64,000 nt of DNA. Origin: Eledone cirrhosa. Its lineage: Eukaryota. The first letter of the stretch is position 1. The number at the start of each line of letters is the position of its first letter. The stretch is from the NCBI GenBank assembly GCA_964016885.1, contig OZ024743.1, positions 159,712,001 to 159,776,000 on the forward strand. The letters run 5' to 3'. This document shows positions 10,790-24,799 of this stretch, piece by piece. The notes below the pieces were generated by a model. That model made no database searches, was not told the origin of the DNA, and worked only from the letters and a program-made list of their open reading frames with translations. The position numbers and the translations under genes are program-made.

Positions 10790-13784
10790 ATATCCCGGGT
10801 TGGAAAGACACTAGTGAAGTCATAGTTTGGTTCAATAATATCAAAAATAAAAATTATAAGTTCATTCAAATGGATATAGCGAGTTATTATTCCTCGATAA
10901 CTCCTAATCTATTAAATGAGGCACTATCATATGCATATAAACATACGGATCTATCTAGTCATGAGATACATATTATATTAACAGCTATGCGAACTTTCAT
11001 TGATTTTAATAATGATCTTTGGACTAGATCGGATAGAGACAAGAATTTTGACATTACTATGGCTCGTCTAATTCGGCGCAAGTTACAGATCTTGTGGGAA
11101 TTTTTATCCTTAACATGATAAATTGGAAACTGCCAGAGATTACCGGAGGTTTATATAGAGACGACATACTATTTATTGTAGAAAAACATAATAATAGCGA
11201 ATTAAATAGAGTAAAGAAAGTAATTATAGATTTTTTTTCAAATAACGCCCTGAAATTAGAAGCACAACATAATAAAATAGGTAATTTTTTAGATGTGACT
11301 CTTAATTTGAACTCTGGCCTTTACTATCCTTTCCATAAACTCAATGATAACTTAAATTATGTTAGATTTTATTCTAATCATCCTAAAAGTGTTAAGAATG
11401 CAATAGTCAATAGTGTACAACAACGAATATCCAGGCTATCTGCTTATAGCTCTATATTTAATAGTAAGGCTGTATATGATAATGAAGCGTTAAACAAAGC
11501 TGGATATAACAATACTATTGTATATATAGAAAAGAATACTGAAAATAATATTAATTATAATCACACTAATCATAATAAAAATGAATATAAAAACAACTTG
11601 AGGAAAAAATCGGGGGAATAAATAAGAACTAGATCTATAATTTGGTATGCTCCGTCAGCATCTTTAGCTATTAAAACACCAGTAGCACACTTATTTTTAA
11701 AGCCTTGGATATATGCTTCCCTAGGTCACATAAATATTACTCTATCTTCAATAGACACACAGTTAAACTTCCTTATTCAACAACTATGAATATTGCTCAA
11801 AATATATCAAAAATAAATAGTAAAAATCTTAATTTGAACCAACATATAATTAGCAATAATAACGATAATAATAACAATACTTTAGTTAATGGGAATAACA
11901 ATAATAATAGTTTAAATACGAATAATAGTAGAACACCTGTAAATAATAATGTGAATAACATTGAGAAAAAATAACATTGAGAAAAAATGTAATTGTAGAA
12001 AGAAGTCCAAATGTCCTTTACAAAATGATTGCCTTGACAAGAATCTAGTATATAAATGTACCATTAAGCAAATAATAATATATATAACTACATTGGTGCC
12101 ACTTCATCTAAATTTAAGGAACGTTGGTATAATCATAAACATTCTTTTAGTAAACTAGATAAGAAATTGTCAACTTCACTTTCACAATTAATATGGTCTT
12201 TAAAAGACAATAATATTAAATACTCCATCTCTTGGACCAAATTAAAGAATTACCAATTCCTATCAGAAGGCAACCATTTCGCAAAATTGCAATCTTTGTA
12301 ATCTCGAGACTCTACAGATAATTACAAATTATGACAATTTAATCAACAACAAAAAAAAAACGAATTCTTCAGTACCTGTCACCATAAAATTGATAAAACT
12401 TTCCAGGCAATGTACAAGTTTCGAAAATATATTGACAATTAATAATTTAATATATATATATATGTTTTGCCTTATTGTGGTAATAATTTTTTGATATTTA
12501 TATGTATTAGAATTATTTCATTAAGAGTCTCGTTATCCTATGTTTTGATTAGGACAGTTCAATATTTAACTAGATATCTTTTATGATATTTGCAATAGAT
12601 AATTTATGGTTTTCGGAATATCGCGGAATGTGAGAGTAGAGATATGTTATAAATGTTTGTATATGGTGAATGTTTGTATATGGTGAATTGTCCGTAAAAA
12701 TGTCCTTTCTTTTTGACTAGCCTGCTAAATTATATTAGATATGATATATGTAGATTAATAATATATAAAATGAAACTATATATCATAATACCTTTCATTA
12801 AATTAATGAAATAAACCTTTTGAGAGTAAATATAACTACAGTTTAATCCTAGAAATTAAATGAAAATTAAAGAATAGTAAATATTTTATGAAGAGAATAT
12901 CATAATTAAATAATTTGGGTAATAAATGATCTAAATATATATGTATTGATGGTGATTTATGCATGGTATTAGATTTTAATACATATTTAATAATTATTTT
13001 AATATTATTTAAATATGTTTTAAAGATAATTCCTTTAACGTTGTAACAACACATTTATAGAATATCTTACCTTAAACTTAAATATAGTAATCTATAATGA
13101 GGCAAATTAAATTATATAAATTTTTAATTAATCTATATATGTGATCGCTATAGAAAATAATCTATACCGATTAATTTTGATATAATATATAAGTATAATT
13201 TAGCTAAATACTAAAGATATTCAATTGTTTATGGGAATTGATTGGATGTCCCATTTGAAAACAACGTTTTTTTTTCTATATCCCCCTCTATTGGATTTAT
13301 TTACCTTTATTTTTCTTTATTTTTCTTTACCCTCCTCTGTTCCCTTTAATTTCCCCACACCTTCCCTCATTTGTCGTTATTCCTGTTTTCTTTTTTATAT
13401 ATTTCTTTCACTCATTCATCCTTTCACATTTTATTTTTATCCATTTATCTATTTATGTATGTATTTATTTATTTTTTCTTGCCTTTCCTTTCCTTACACC
13501 CTCTCACATATCTCTAATTTGCTGTACGTCCCTTTCTTTTTCCTTTTCTTCTTCTTTTTAAGTTTATCATATTATTTGTGGTATATAAACATTGAGATTT
13601 GATGAAATAAATCACTGCCAATACTGGAATTGTATAATCAAGACAGTAGCGGTATGTCATATATAAAATGATATGTTTTATCTTATGAAGACGTACTGAA
13701 AAAAAAGAACACAGTACCTTTGAAATATATATAATAAAACATATATTTTGATTATGTGAATATCTTTCATTTGTTAATATTTTG

Positions 13785-13790
<6 letters not shown>
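10790..13790 (+). mobile_element. Penelope-like element (Neptune-like): RT core, thumb, GIY-YIG, long AT-rich 3' region with HHR
   Basis: DIASYYSSI, FDITM, GGLYRDD, FLDVTLNL, SNHP, CNCRKKSKCPL..C...VYKC; frameshifted; flanked by (TA)n on both sides. Confidence 0.88.
13671..13744 (+). ncRNA. Type I hammerhead with mutated core (CTTATGA)
   Basis: Perfect 11-bp stem I atatgttttat/ataaaacatat, stem II gtactg/cagtac, GAAA-tatata-TA. Confidence 0.7.
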
Positions 13791-13819
<29 letters not shown>

Positions 13820-13884
13820 TATATCCCGAGTTCAATCGGGGATAACCACAGTAAGGTACTCAATACAAAGCAGAGTATAAATAT

Positions 13885-13978
<94 letters not shown>

Positions 13979-14379
13979 GCATATATATATATATATAACA
14001 GCAATGTATATGAAAGCATATACATTTTTATATTTACAATAAACAACGTATTTTCTCTTCGTTGCTTTGTTACGTATATTTCACTGGCTGTCGAGAATGC
14101 CATACCACTGTTTCAAGATTTGTTAATCTTAATCTCTCATCAGTGAAATTCACTCATCCAGTACTGAGATGAAAAAGACTAGAGCCTATGTAAATTTTGC
14201 GTGATACACATTAGCAGGAAATGCTCGTTTGCATGAAGCAAATAGAAGGCATCGGCTAGTAATGCTCATCTGCACATAATGCGTACTTGGCTGGTTAAAA
14301 TTGATTCGTAGTATAACTAAAAATAAAGATATGAGAATACGAAACCACGACTAGAATTGGTAAATAGTGGCGATAGAGC

Positions 14380-15830
14380 AGGGGGGGGGCACGTGTGGCT
14401 CCCTATAAAGCTCTCAGAATCCAGTGACGAAGCTGCGACGAGGCCAGTAAAGGACGCCTCTAAAAAACCTATATTTGTGGGTGTGACAATGTACCAGATA
14501 GGTGACAAGCGCGAATCAGACAATTGAAACTGAAATATGATGAGGAGGACAAAGAAGGACCATACAGCATCGTATTTCTGGCGGGTTAACAAGGGACGAA
14601 TTCAGGCCTTTAGTAGAGGGACTTGTTCGAAAAATAGATTGCAGTCTCTATTTCATGCCGCAATAAATTGGCCATGTGCCTGTAGCCTGTACTGTGCGGC
14701 GTGGGATAGACGCACACAGGTTGCGTATCCTGAGATCTCAAAGAGGGCCCGGAAGGAAGCAAACCAAGTTGGAACCTGGAACATCACAACTATTACAGGC
14801 CAGGATCGGGTATTAGTGGAGGAGGCTAGATGCTAGCGGCTAGATATAGTCGGGGTTTCCTCAGAAAAGTCCCGTGGTTCTGATATTCTAGATTTGGATG
14901 GAGGATGGAAACATCATTATTCAGAAGTGGCGTCAGAGATGACTGGCGAGGCAGGAGTGAGGATATATACAAGCACCCAACTGGCAGAATGTGTTATGAA
15001 CTGATCCCATTAGGAGGGAGGAATTGTTTCCTGAAGCTTATGCTGAAAGGTAGGTCTATGTGGAGGGTGCAAGTTTATGTACCAAATAAGGAGTCCGAAT
15101 ACAGGTCCTTCCATGATGAATTGACTGCAATGTTAGATGTAGTTATGAATGAGTCATATATCCTGATGTGAGACAACAATGCATATGATGACTCTATCGA
15201 CCTGACATGGAAAGGAGTGATCGGACGGAATGGTGACCCCCATCTAAATACGGATGGATAGGCCTTACTAGACTTCTGTTCTAGCAATGGACTCTCTATT
15301 ATGAACACCTTCTTCCAGCCCAGAGATAACTATAAGTACACACAGTGTGACGGGTATCAGGGACAGAGATCAGTAAGTGATATTGTTATTGTCTCTGATT
15401 TCGTTCAGTATGTGCTGGATGTGCGTGTTAAGAGAGGGGCTGAGCTGTGAACTGATCACCATCTAGTTATCTGCAACTTAAGATGATCTAAAGCCAAAGA
15501 AGCCCGCAAAACTGACAGGACCAAGGTTACCTACATGACAAAGAGGGAAGTGATAGTGGATAAAGAAGATTAATCTGTTGGAAGCTGATGTCAAAAGAGC
15601 AGTTAAAGAGCTCAAATGGGGTAAAGCCGCTGCGGAAGATGAAATCCCTACCGAGATGTTAAAAGCCTTAGATGGAGAATATGTTCTCTGGGTGACTCCA
15701 GTGTGCCGGATGGCCTGGAGTCCCTGAACGGCACCTAAGCAATGGCAATTGCGAGTGATATCCCAATTTTCAAAAAGGGGGACAAGAGACATTGTTCCAA
15801 TTACAGAGGGATCTCATTGTTAAACCTTGT
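14380..15830 (+). mobile_element. RTE-clade LINE, 5' part (APE endonuclease to start of RT), internally deleted
   Basis: VGTWNITT, QVYVP, TDHHLV, GKAAAEDEIPTEMLK and FKKGDKRHCSNYRGISLL. Confidence 0.85.
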
Positions 15831-15831
15831 C

Positions 15832-15912
15832 GAAGTTACCTGATGAAATCGTCCTTTCTTGCATCATAATTCGATGATGGAGCCGGGTCATTGAAATATC
15901 TATAGTGATTTC
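15832..15912 (+). ncRNA. Type I hammerhead ribozyme with long stem II
   Basis: gaagttac-CTGATGA-aat...att-GAAA-tatcta-TA-gtgatttc. Confidence 0.7.
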
Positions 15913-16034
15913 ACGGAATTAAAATTTTAAAGCATATCTTCCAATCTGGCCTTCTGTTGTCGTTTTATAAATACTTTACTCCGTTCCTGATTTGCATACG
16001 AGAACTACCAGTAGGTAAGCAAAATAATTTAAGT

Positions 16035-16182
<148 letters not shown>

Positions 16183-16429
16183 TTCGCTTTTGAATTTCGT
16201 TGCAAGATTTCTTACCTGAAAACTTGTGTGACGGAAGAGAACAACCCAGGATTTTCATGTAGATAGAAGGAATTCCTTCTACAACAGAAATGTCACACAT
16301 ATTCAGTAGGCTATGATGCTACGATTATACCAACTGTAAACGGCCAACCAGCATTCTCTTTGATCAAGAATATTAAGTACAAAAGGTACCGGGTGAAACT
16401 CTATAAATTGACCAGAGAACTCAATGATT

Positions 16430-17115
16430 CGAGCGACCTCCTGGTACACTCGGATAAAACGAGTAACCTGTACCTCATCAAGCTGTGCGATTTCATGCAC
16501 AACAGTTACCTCTACTTACAGCTCCATCATCAATGAGATCATTAAAATGGGCCATCAGATCACCTCGCAACTTCAAATCCAGGATCACACAGACCCTCTT
16601 ATCCCCCGGGAACCGCATTTTACCCTAAAAGACTACAAGCGTGACTTCGACCGCAACGCGACTATATCAATCTCACCAAGTCGGACATATGACAGAATAG
16701 CAAGAAACTGCTGGACCGTACTATACAGTAGATTACGGCACGTTTCCGTCTTAAACTCCGATGTCTTCATCTTTCCGACGGATTAACAACAAAGAGAGGA
16801 GCAAGTTCCTTCAATTTAACATTGAACATTTTTGTCCCACAAACACCCTCCCTATACTGAAGAGAGTCCTGGATTTTACCCAGGCCTACACTATTATAAA
16901 TAAGTCTACATATGAGATTATCCTGCACGCTCGCCACTCACCCCTTAGCTACAACAGGCCAGTCTGGACCATGCAGTCCCCTGGATTCTCCTTTGATGTG
17001 AGCATGGGAGCCAGTGATTCTCCCGAGGTTACCGACCTGATGAAATTCTATATCCTATCTAAATTAAAAGATCGCTTCTTATAGTTCATTGGTGGGGCTT
17101 GTACCGCCACGAAGG
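16430..17115 (+). mobile_element. Penelope-like RT fragment
   Basis: PHFTLKDYK, FLQFNIEHFCP, FDVSMGASDSPEVTDL and a GGLYR relic. Confidence 0.82.
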
Positions 17116-17377
17116 TCCACTTAAAAGTTTATAGGATGACAAAATATTCTCAAAGAAACCCTAAATAAGGTCTATTTTTCAACATTGTCTCTGGAAAGAA
17201 ACAGTGTGCGGTAATTAATAAGAAGATTCAATGCATGCCAGATTTTACAGCTCTAGAATCATCCCTTCTTTGTCAGGCTATGAACATTTCAGCCAACACT
17301 CGTATACATGCATTTATAAGTATACGTATGTAAGTATATGAGCACGTTTGGATATGTATGCGTTTGATTATACATAA

Positions 17378-17566
17378 TTGTTTCTACTTTTGGCACAAGG
17401 CCAGCAATCATTCCAGTGTATTACTGGTACTTTATTTTATCGACCCGTTAAGGATGAAAGGCAAAGTTAACCTCGGCGGGTCTTGAACTCAGTCCGTAAA
17501 GGGACGTAACTGTGCTGCAAAGCATGGCGTCCGACCCTCTACTGATACTGCCAATCCACTGCCCTT
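17378..17566 (-). mobile_element. tRNA-derived SINE (family 1)
   Basis: Full-length match to 10401-10586; tatacataat repeated on both flanks. Confidence 0.9.
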
Positions 17567-18668
17567 TGTATATACATAATATACATATTTTACTAAAATG
17601 ACCATCCCATGTTATTTATTTATTCATCTATCTTATTTACACATTTACTTACTAAATGATGTATCTATTTCTTTATTTCTATATAATCCTTTTAACAAAT
17701 TCATTTTTAAAAATTGTTTAATTATTTATATTCTAATGGCTATGCAAGCATATGTGTAGATAGTCTTGCCTATCATCTCTTCCACCTTTGATTCTTGTGC
17801 CCACCCCCATATAACTCTTTTTCTTCTTCTTCTTCTTCTTCTTCTTCTCCACTCATTCACGTTACTCACACCCATAGTATTTATTTCCCTTCACCCCAGC
17901 CTGTATTGATACACCTACTATACTATTTCCCCACTCCTCCCCCATTTCTTCCTCATTCATTCCCTTATCCCAGCGCAAGATTTCCCTGTTACAATATCAC
18001 AATAATAATTTTGACCATAGAACTAACAACTCCGTTAGTGAACTAATTCTACACATCCCACATACATTACAAATAGAAAAATTATTATTATTATTCTAGT
18101 GCACCATTGAAAAGCCCTGTTGAACACTTTCCGAAAACGCTTGGCGTCGCAGTCGGATTTCTCCTCTTTTTACTCTATCTCTATTTATTGTAGCTCAATT
18201 TATATTATTAATTGTTTGCTTTTATGTCTTTGCTTTCTATATGGAAGTCCTGGTTCAGTGCTTCATGGTCCAATTTCATCATCTTTTCAATTTGAATTCC
18301 TGCCAGAGTGTCTTCTGTGAATATTCAGAAGTAGCTTGCCTCCCCTTCGGTGTCAAGTCACGTGACACTGAAGGTCGAGTTTACTATTGCAATAGCTGAG
18401 GTACATAAATTACATAAGGCATAATAACTATCTAATTTCGGTGCACGGTAGTTCCATTTGAACTGTTGCTAGCAAATGTAGTGGCAGAAACTAATGCATT
18501 GGTCTTTTCTACCCACACGAAATCGTTTTTCTCACTGTTTGCCATTTAAGTGTCCACTCAAATTACCTTGTGTTTGGTGACTTAATAATATTTACTTAAT
18601 TAAATTATTTACTGTGTGGGATAACGACCAAAGTTGTATCGGTCCTATTCCACAGCTTTCTTTCATAT

Positions 18669-18774
<106 letters not shown>

Positions 18775-19211
18775 TGTATGCATGATGAACATGTATATTC
18801 AGTTTCAGTATCGACTGCTGAAAGACGCTGAATGATTATTGAATTTACAGAAGCTATACAAAAATTAGATACAGCTTTAGAGCATTGATAATTAAAATTT
18901 CAGTAGAGAGGCTGTCAGAGTTTCTTTTTTCTAAATCTATTTTACTCTGTTTATCATGGAATAATTTCTCTGCATCGATATTTTACGGTTTAGACATGAC
19001 GATACAAGGCGACAATTGACCCAAAGTTAGATTGACCCAAATGTCTCTTGCTTGTCGTGATGGTTTCAGATAAATTTCCAACAGATTATTAGTTTCAATT
19101 ATCATAAAAATAGTAGTTTGACGGCCCAAATTTCAGTGCGACCTAGCTGCGAGTCAATGGCAAATAGCCTATTCGTTAATTGAAAATTGGGTATGCGAGC
19201 TATCTGTCGGG

Positions 19212-19238
19212 GCGACCTATACGCGAGTATATACGGTA
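19212..19238 (-). mobile_element. TIR of a Tc1/mariner (Tc2-like) DNA transposon
   Basis: Reverse complement TA|CCGTATATACTCGCGTATAGGTCG; partner TIR not seen. Confidence 0.5.
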
Positions 19239-20279
19239 CTGAATATTTCCTTCTCGAAGCCGTTTACAATTTACCACTTTATTCTTGAAGGAGGGAGAGG
19301 TTCAAAGCTGACATTATTGAAATCTTTGCTTCTTTTGTTGGGTGGCCATTTCCCTATTTTTATTTGACAAAACAATACATATTTAATCATATGCCATGAT
19401 TTGCGCGTTTGTTTGTGTGTGCGCGCGTGTGTATGCGTGTGTGTTAGTGTGTGTGTGTGTGAGTTGGTGTGTGTGTGTGTGCATGTGTGTGTGTGTATGT
19501 GTGTGTGTGTGTGTGTTTGTACGTGTAAGGATGCACCTTAGGCCTTCCTTCAGTTCATTTGTTAGCAGGTTATCTTTGCATGTCTGGTTGTGAATAAATT
19601 AGATTAGTAATTACAAAAGGATTATATTTGCTGAATCATTAAGTGAAGCCATATTTTAAATTAGTGTGTTTCTTTGGTAGTAGCTGATGACCAGAACCCT
19701 AATACAAACGTATGGATGCACTATATGTTATTTGTCGTAATTTATTACGGTGAGTATATAGACAAACTCCAGAACATTTATTTCATAGAAATAAGACACG
19801 AGATATATTCAGAGACTGAAATGAATTGTGATGTTCCTAGCTTTTTAGGCTTTATCAACAACATTACTGACTAAAATCATTTCTAAGAAGAAACGAAACC
19901 TCAATGTAATGTATATGAGTTGTCATTATTCATTTCCGTTAGATATTTTAAGGTTGACAATGTCAAAGAAATCAATACGCTGTATTAACGTGGACACAGA
20001 AAACAACTGCGATGCAAATCATATATATCTTCTCTGGTTTGACAAACAAGCAGCAAAGCATGAGTTTAGTATCAGCATCGACATCTTTAATGCACGACTC
20101 ATTTTTCATTTGAAATGTTTACCAGACCCGAATCTGGAGTAATTCATTGGTAGTTAGATCGTGATCAAAGGTTTTACGCTTTGAATACATCTTCAATGAT
20201 GCGTAATATTAAAACCACATACTTTCTGAAAAGAGTTATGTTATTTTGTTTTTTAAATACAAAAACTGTCAATTACAAG

Positions 20280-21000
20280 TAGTCAGCAAATGCCGAGTAT
20301 TTTGTTAGTTACAATTCTTAGTAAAAAATATCTTCCCATGTGCATACTTCATTAAACTCTTGAAGCGCTGATTTTATTCGCACTAGTGTGTAATGATACC
20401 TTTATTGAAAACAACACTTACGTCCTTCTCAAATTATACCTTCTAGACTTCAGAAAGAATGAAGGTACTGTATAGTGATTTTCTAGACCAACTGTTTGAA
20501 AAGATGAAGTAGTAACATATCTGTTCAATCAGAAGGGCATTGGGGCAAAGCCTCAACAAAAAAATTTGGCTATAAGAATGGAGGAAGAAGCCTGTACATG
20601 TTGGCCTGTCCAAGTAGATAAAGCATTCGAATTTCCGTTCAAAAATAGAATTATAGTAGCCTTAAAATGGCGGATTCGTGAGATAATGTATCAGGAGAAA
20701 ACTTTAAAAAGGCGATTTAATATGGCAGAAAAATATTGTGATTATATAACGTCTGCTCAACAGCAATCCCAAACACTAACAATAACATCATTATATATTA
20801 GTCAATTTATTTCCGATCATATCATTCCCAGAAAATCATGGAAGTACAAAAATCATTCTTATTTCCGTGTATGCTAACTATGTCTTGGAGCAAAAAAGTA
20901 TTTTTATAATGTCAAAACTATCTTTTATAATGTCCATGAATCTCCTGAGGAAAATGTTAAAAGTAATCCGTTCTACAAAAGCAAAGGAAAATTCTCCTCA
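20280..21000 (+). pseudogene. Possible very degenerate DNA-transposase relic
   Basis: MAEKY...AQQ and FISD...KYKN loosely resemble DFAENY and SD..QYKN transposase motifs. Confidence 0.25.
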
Positions 21001-21485
21001 TACTTTAATATGGAAAATACCTATGATTACTAAATTCAAATGCTGCAGTGTTTCACATATGTAACATCAATCAACTAAAATTATCAAAGCAACCAAACTA
21101 CAAATCTGCCATTTGGAGAGTTTCAAATAAAAAAAGGAAGAAAACTCGAGTAAGATCAATAGATTGAAAGTTTTTATTTCTATACATTTCTAAATACGAA
21201 ACACTGTTGCGTTCATGATTTTGTTGTGAGTATTATCGAGACAAAGAATATAAATAGTTAGAACCTGAAATACAAACTTGACCACTGGCGAAGCAACAAG
21301 GGAAAACTATTTGCTAGAAACCTCAGCCGATTCGCCTTCCAATCACAAACTGCCGCGCCACGCAAGAAAACACTGTATAAAGTATTCTTAGATAAATTGT
21401 GTCTCAGCAAAATAGAGGGGAAGGTCACGATTGGAGCACTTGTGTTCGTAGGTTTTCTGATTTACCAAATCATAAACAAAGTACG

Positions 21486-21561
<76 letters not shown>

Positions 21562-21562
21562 C

Positions 21563-21600
<38 letters not shown>

Positions 21601-21623
21601 TATATGACAATAATAATAATAAT
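21486..21623. repeat. (TAC)n followed by (AAT)n microsatellite
   Basis: Directly visible. Confidence 0.95.
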
Positions 21624-21720
21624 GATTTCGTTATTGGCCACAAGGGCTGACATCAAGAAAAACATTACAGACGGCACAGTACGGTGCAGGACGGCACGAT
21701 GTGGGTTTTTTGTGTGTAAA
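21621..21720 (-). mobile_element. Tx1 LINE 3' tail only
   Basis: Similar to 24801-24900 and 29811-29908. Confidence 0.65.
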
Positions 21721-21838
21721 TATTTTTAATATTTATATAAGAAAAAAAAAGACATAGAAACATATATATATATATATATAAACAATAAAAATGAAAATTG
21801 AAACAATGAAAAATACCCCAATAATAATAATAATAATA

Positions 21839-21936
21839 ATTGTTTCTACTTTTGGCACAAGGCCAGCAATAACCCAGTACATTACTGGTACATTATTTTA
21901 TCGACCCCGTAAGGATGAAAGGCAAAGTTAACCTCG
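21839..21936 (-). mobile_element. 5'-truncated family 1 SINE
   Basis: Tail and core match the other copies. Confidence 0.85.
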
Positions 21937-21939
21937 ATA

Positions 21940-24780
21940 ATAATAGAAAGTTTAACAAACTACCAAGTAAGTGAACATGTTAAACAAACAAAATTTAGAA
22001 AATTAAAAAGGAAATACAGTATAAAATAAACAAGTGACATAGACATGTTGATAGAAATAATCAAGCAAAAAGTGTCGGCCAAAGCTGTTCGTATAAGGCG
22101 CTTTGAAAAATGATCTAGATTCTATAAGGACAATAATATGTTCAAAAACAACCAAAGAAACTTCTACAGAAAAATTGGCAAGTCAACAATAACTGAAAGA
22201 TCAATACCACTCAAGGAGGAAGTGCAAGAATTCTGTTAAAAGATCTGGGCCGAAGAAAAAGTTCATAATATACATGCCGCATGGATAGACAGACAAATGA
22301 AAGATACAGCTCACCTTGAGGAACAAATATGGGAAAATATAGCAGTTGAACAGTTGCGTTTCGCTCTTAGAAAAACCAGCAAACGGAAATCCCCAGGAAA
22401 AGACAAAATATCAATTTTTTGGATAAATGCCGTCATAGAGTCTCATGAGCTGTTAGCCCAACTTTACAATGAAATAGTTAAGGAGCCAGAAAAGATACCA
22501 TCATGGCTAGTTAACGGCATTACATTCCTGCTTCCGAAGAATGACGAGACAAACAATCCCCAAAATTACAGACCGATAACTTGCTTGACAACAATGTATA
22601 AAATGCTAACATCAGTCCTAACTGAATATACATATGACCACCTGATAACAAATGATCTATTTCCCAATGAGCAGAAAGGGTGTAAACGAGGCTCATATGG
22701 CTGTAAGGATCAGCTTTTGGTTAACAAAATTATACTGGATGATTATCATAATAGACACAAAAATCTATCAATTGCTTGGATAGATTATGAAAAACCATTC
22801 GATAGTTTGTCACACAGTTGGATTGAAAAATGTTTAGAGATTTTCAAAATATCTCCCGTTGTCAGGAGGTTCCTGTCATTCAGTATGAAGACATGAAAAA
22901 CGAAACTCCTTTTGAATAGTGGAAAAAAATCACTGGAAGCTGGAGAAGTTAATATTAATTGTGGAATTTTTCAGGGTGACTCTTTATCACCGCTTTTATT
23001 CTGCATCGCACTTATACCATTAAGTAAAATGCGCAATGAAACAAAACATGGATATAAAGTCTCTGACAAAACCATTAATCACTTGTTCTACATGGATGAC
23101 CTGAAACAATTTGCAAAATATGAAGAACAATTGAAAGGGCTATTATCCACTGTGGAGCAGTTCAGTGATGACATTAAAATGGAGTTTGGAGTAGATAAAT
23201 GCGCCAAAGCAACGTTCACCAGAGGAAAGCTGCTGAAAAGTTCATACATTAATCTTGATAGGGGGAATGTGATAAGGGAACTTGATCAAGAGGAAACTTA
23301 CAAATATCTAGGTGTTTGTGAAGGAGACAGAATCAAGCACTCGACAATGAGGGAAAATATAAGGAAGGAATGTTACCGCAGAGTAAGAGCAATCTTAAGA
23401 ACGGAATTGAATGCAAGGAATAGGATCGATGTCATAAACACCCTTGCCAAACCAGTAGTAGCCTACAGTTACAATGTCATCAACTGGTCAACCACAGAGA
23501 TCCGTAGGCTCGATACAAAAATTAAAAGATTACTAACCATGGACAAAATGCATCACCCTAAGGCAGATATAGGTAGAATATAGGAAAGAAGGACGGCGTG
23601 GGTTAATCCAGTTAGACATTGCGTTGAAAACTGCAACAATTGGATTATCTACATATCTAAGGGAATCAAATGATTGGATGATCAAACTCGTTTTGAAACA
23701 CGAAAGCATCAAAAGATCATACTCCATTACAAAAGACGCACAAAGATACAGTAATGGACCACACATTTCAGATGTCCCATTTACTGCTGAAATGGAAAAC
23801 ACAGAAAAAGCAAAGCAGGTAAAAGTAACTGCAAAGAAAGAACTGCGACAGAAACTGGTTAAGAAATGGCAAGAAAAGCCTCTGTATGGAAAATACCCAG
23901 AACGAGCTAACAATCCTGATGTTGACAAAACTTTAACCCATCAGTGGGTGGCATCCTCTGGACTGAAATCGGAGACTGAAGGACTGATTATATCAGCACA
24001 AGATCAGTGTCTGCCAACAAAAAATTACCAAACCAACATAATAAAAAATGGATGCAGCCCATTATGCGGTGTATGTAAAAAACAACCAGAGACCATTGAC
24101 CATATAATTTCAATGTGCAGTCCTATAGCTCCAACCGAATACCTAAACAGGCATGACAGAGCTGCACAATACATACATTGGATAATGTGTAAGAATTTTG
24201 ACCTGCCCCATCAAAAGAATTAGTGGGAGCACCAACCACCTCCCATACTTGAAAAAGATCACATCTCAATCTTGTGGAACTTTAGCATCCAAACAGACCG
24301 AAAAATAGATGCAAATAGACTTGATATATACTGAAGGACTTTAAAAAGAGAGTATGCCTGCTAATTGATATGTCCGTTCCAATAGACAAGAATGTATCTA
24401 TAGAAACATTTGAAAAATGTTACAAGTATTAAGACCTGGAGATAGAAATTGGAAAAATGTGGAAATTGAGAAGTACAACAATACCAGTGGTTGTAGGCGC
24501 TCTAGGAATGATACTTAAGGGGTCTAATGATTACTCATCGCAAATACCAGGAAACCCGCGTATAGGAGAAATAGAAAAGATAGTACTAATGGGAATTGCC
24601 CATATATTAAGGAAGATTCTGACAATATAAGTACATCACAAGTCTAAACACCTAACGATGCATGTGTGTGTATGTAAGTTCTTTCTTGAACATGGCGGAC
24701 CTTGTTGTCTCTTGAGGTCACTGGTTGTGACTTGGTGATAACTCGTATGAACATAAATCAAGATAAATGCAACTGTAATA
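21940..24780 (+). mobile_element. R4/Dong-clade non-LTR retrotransposon (RT, CCHC, RLE), 5'-truncated, disrupted
   Basis: NYRPITCL, EQKGC, WIDYEKPFDS, GIFQGDSLSP, FYMDDLK, CGVC..PETIDHI..C, RHD and IPVVVGALG; (TAA)n at both ends. Confidence 0.93.
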
Positions 24781-24799
24781 ATAATAATAATACTAATAA

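Noticed and set aside
18100-18148. TTGAAAA...GAAA as a possible U3-A8 hammerhead
   Set aside because: Stem II and stem I pairing are poor, and there is only one copy.
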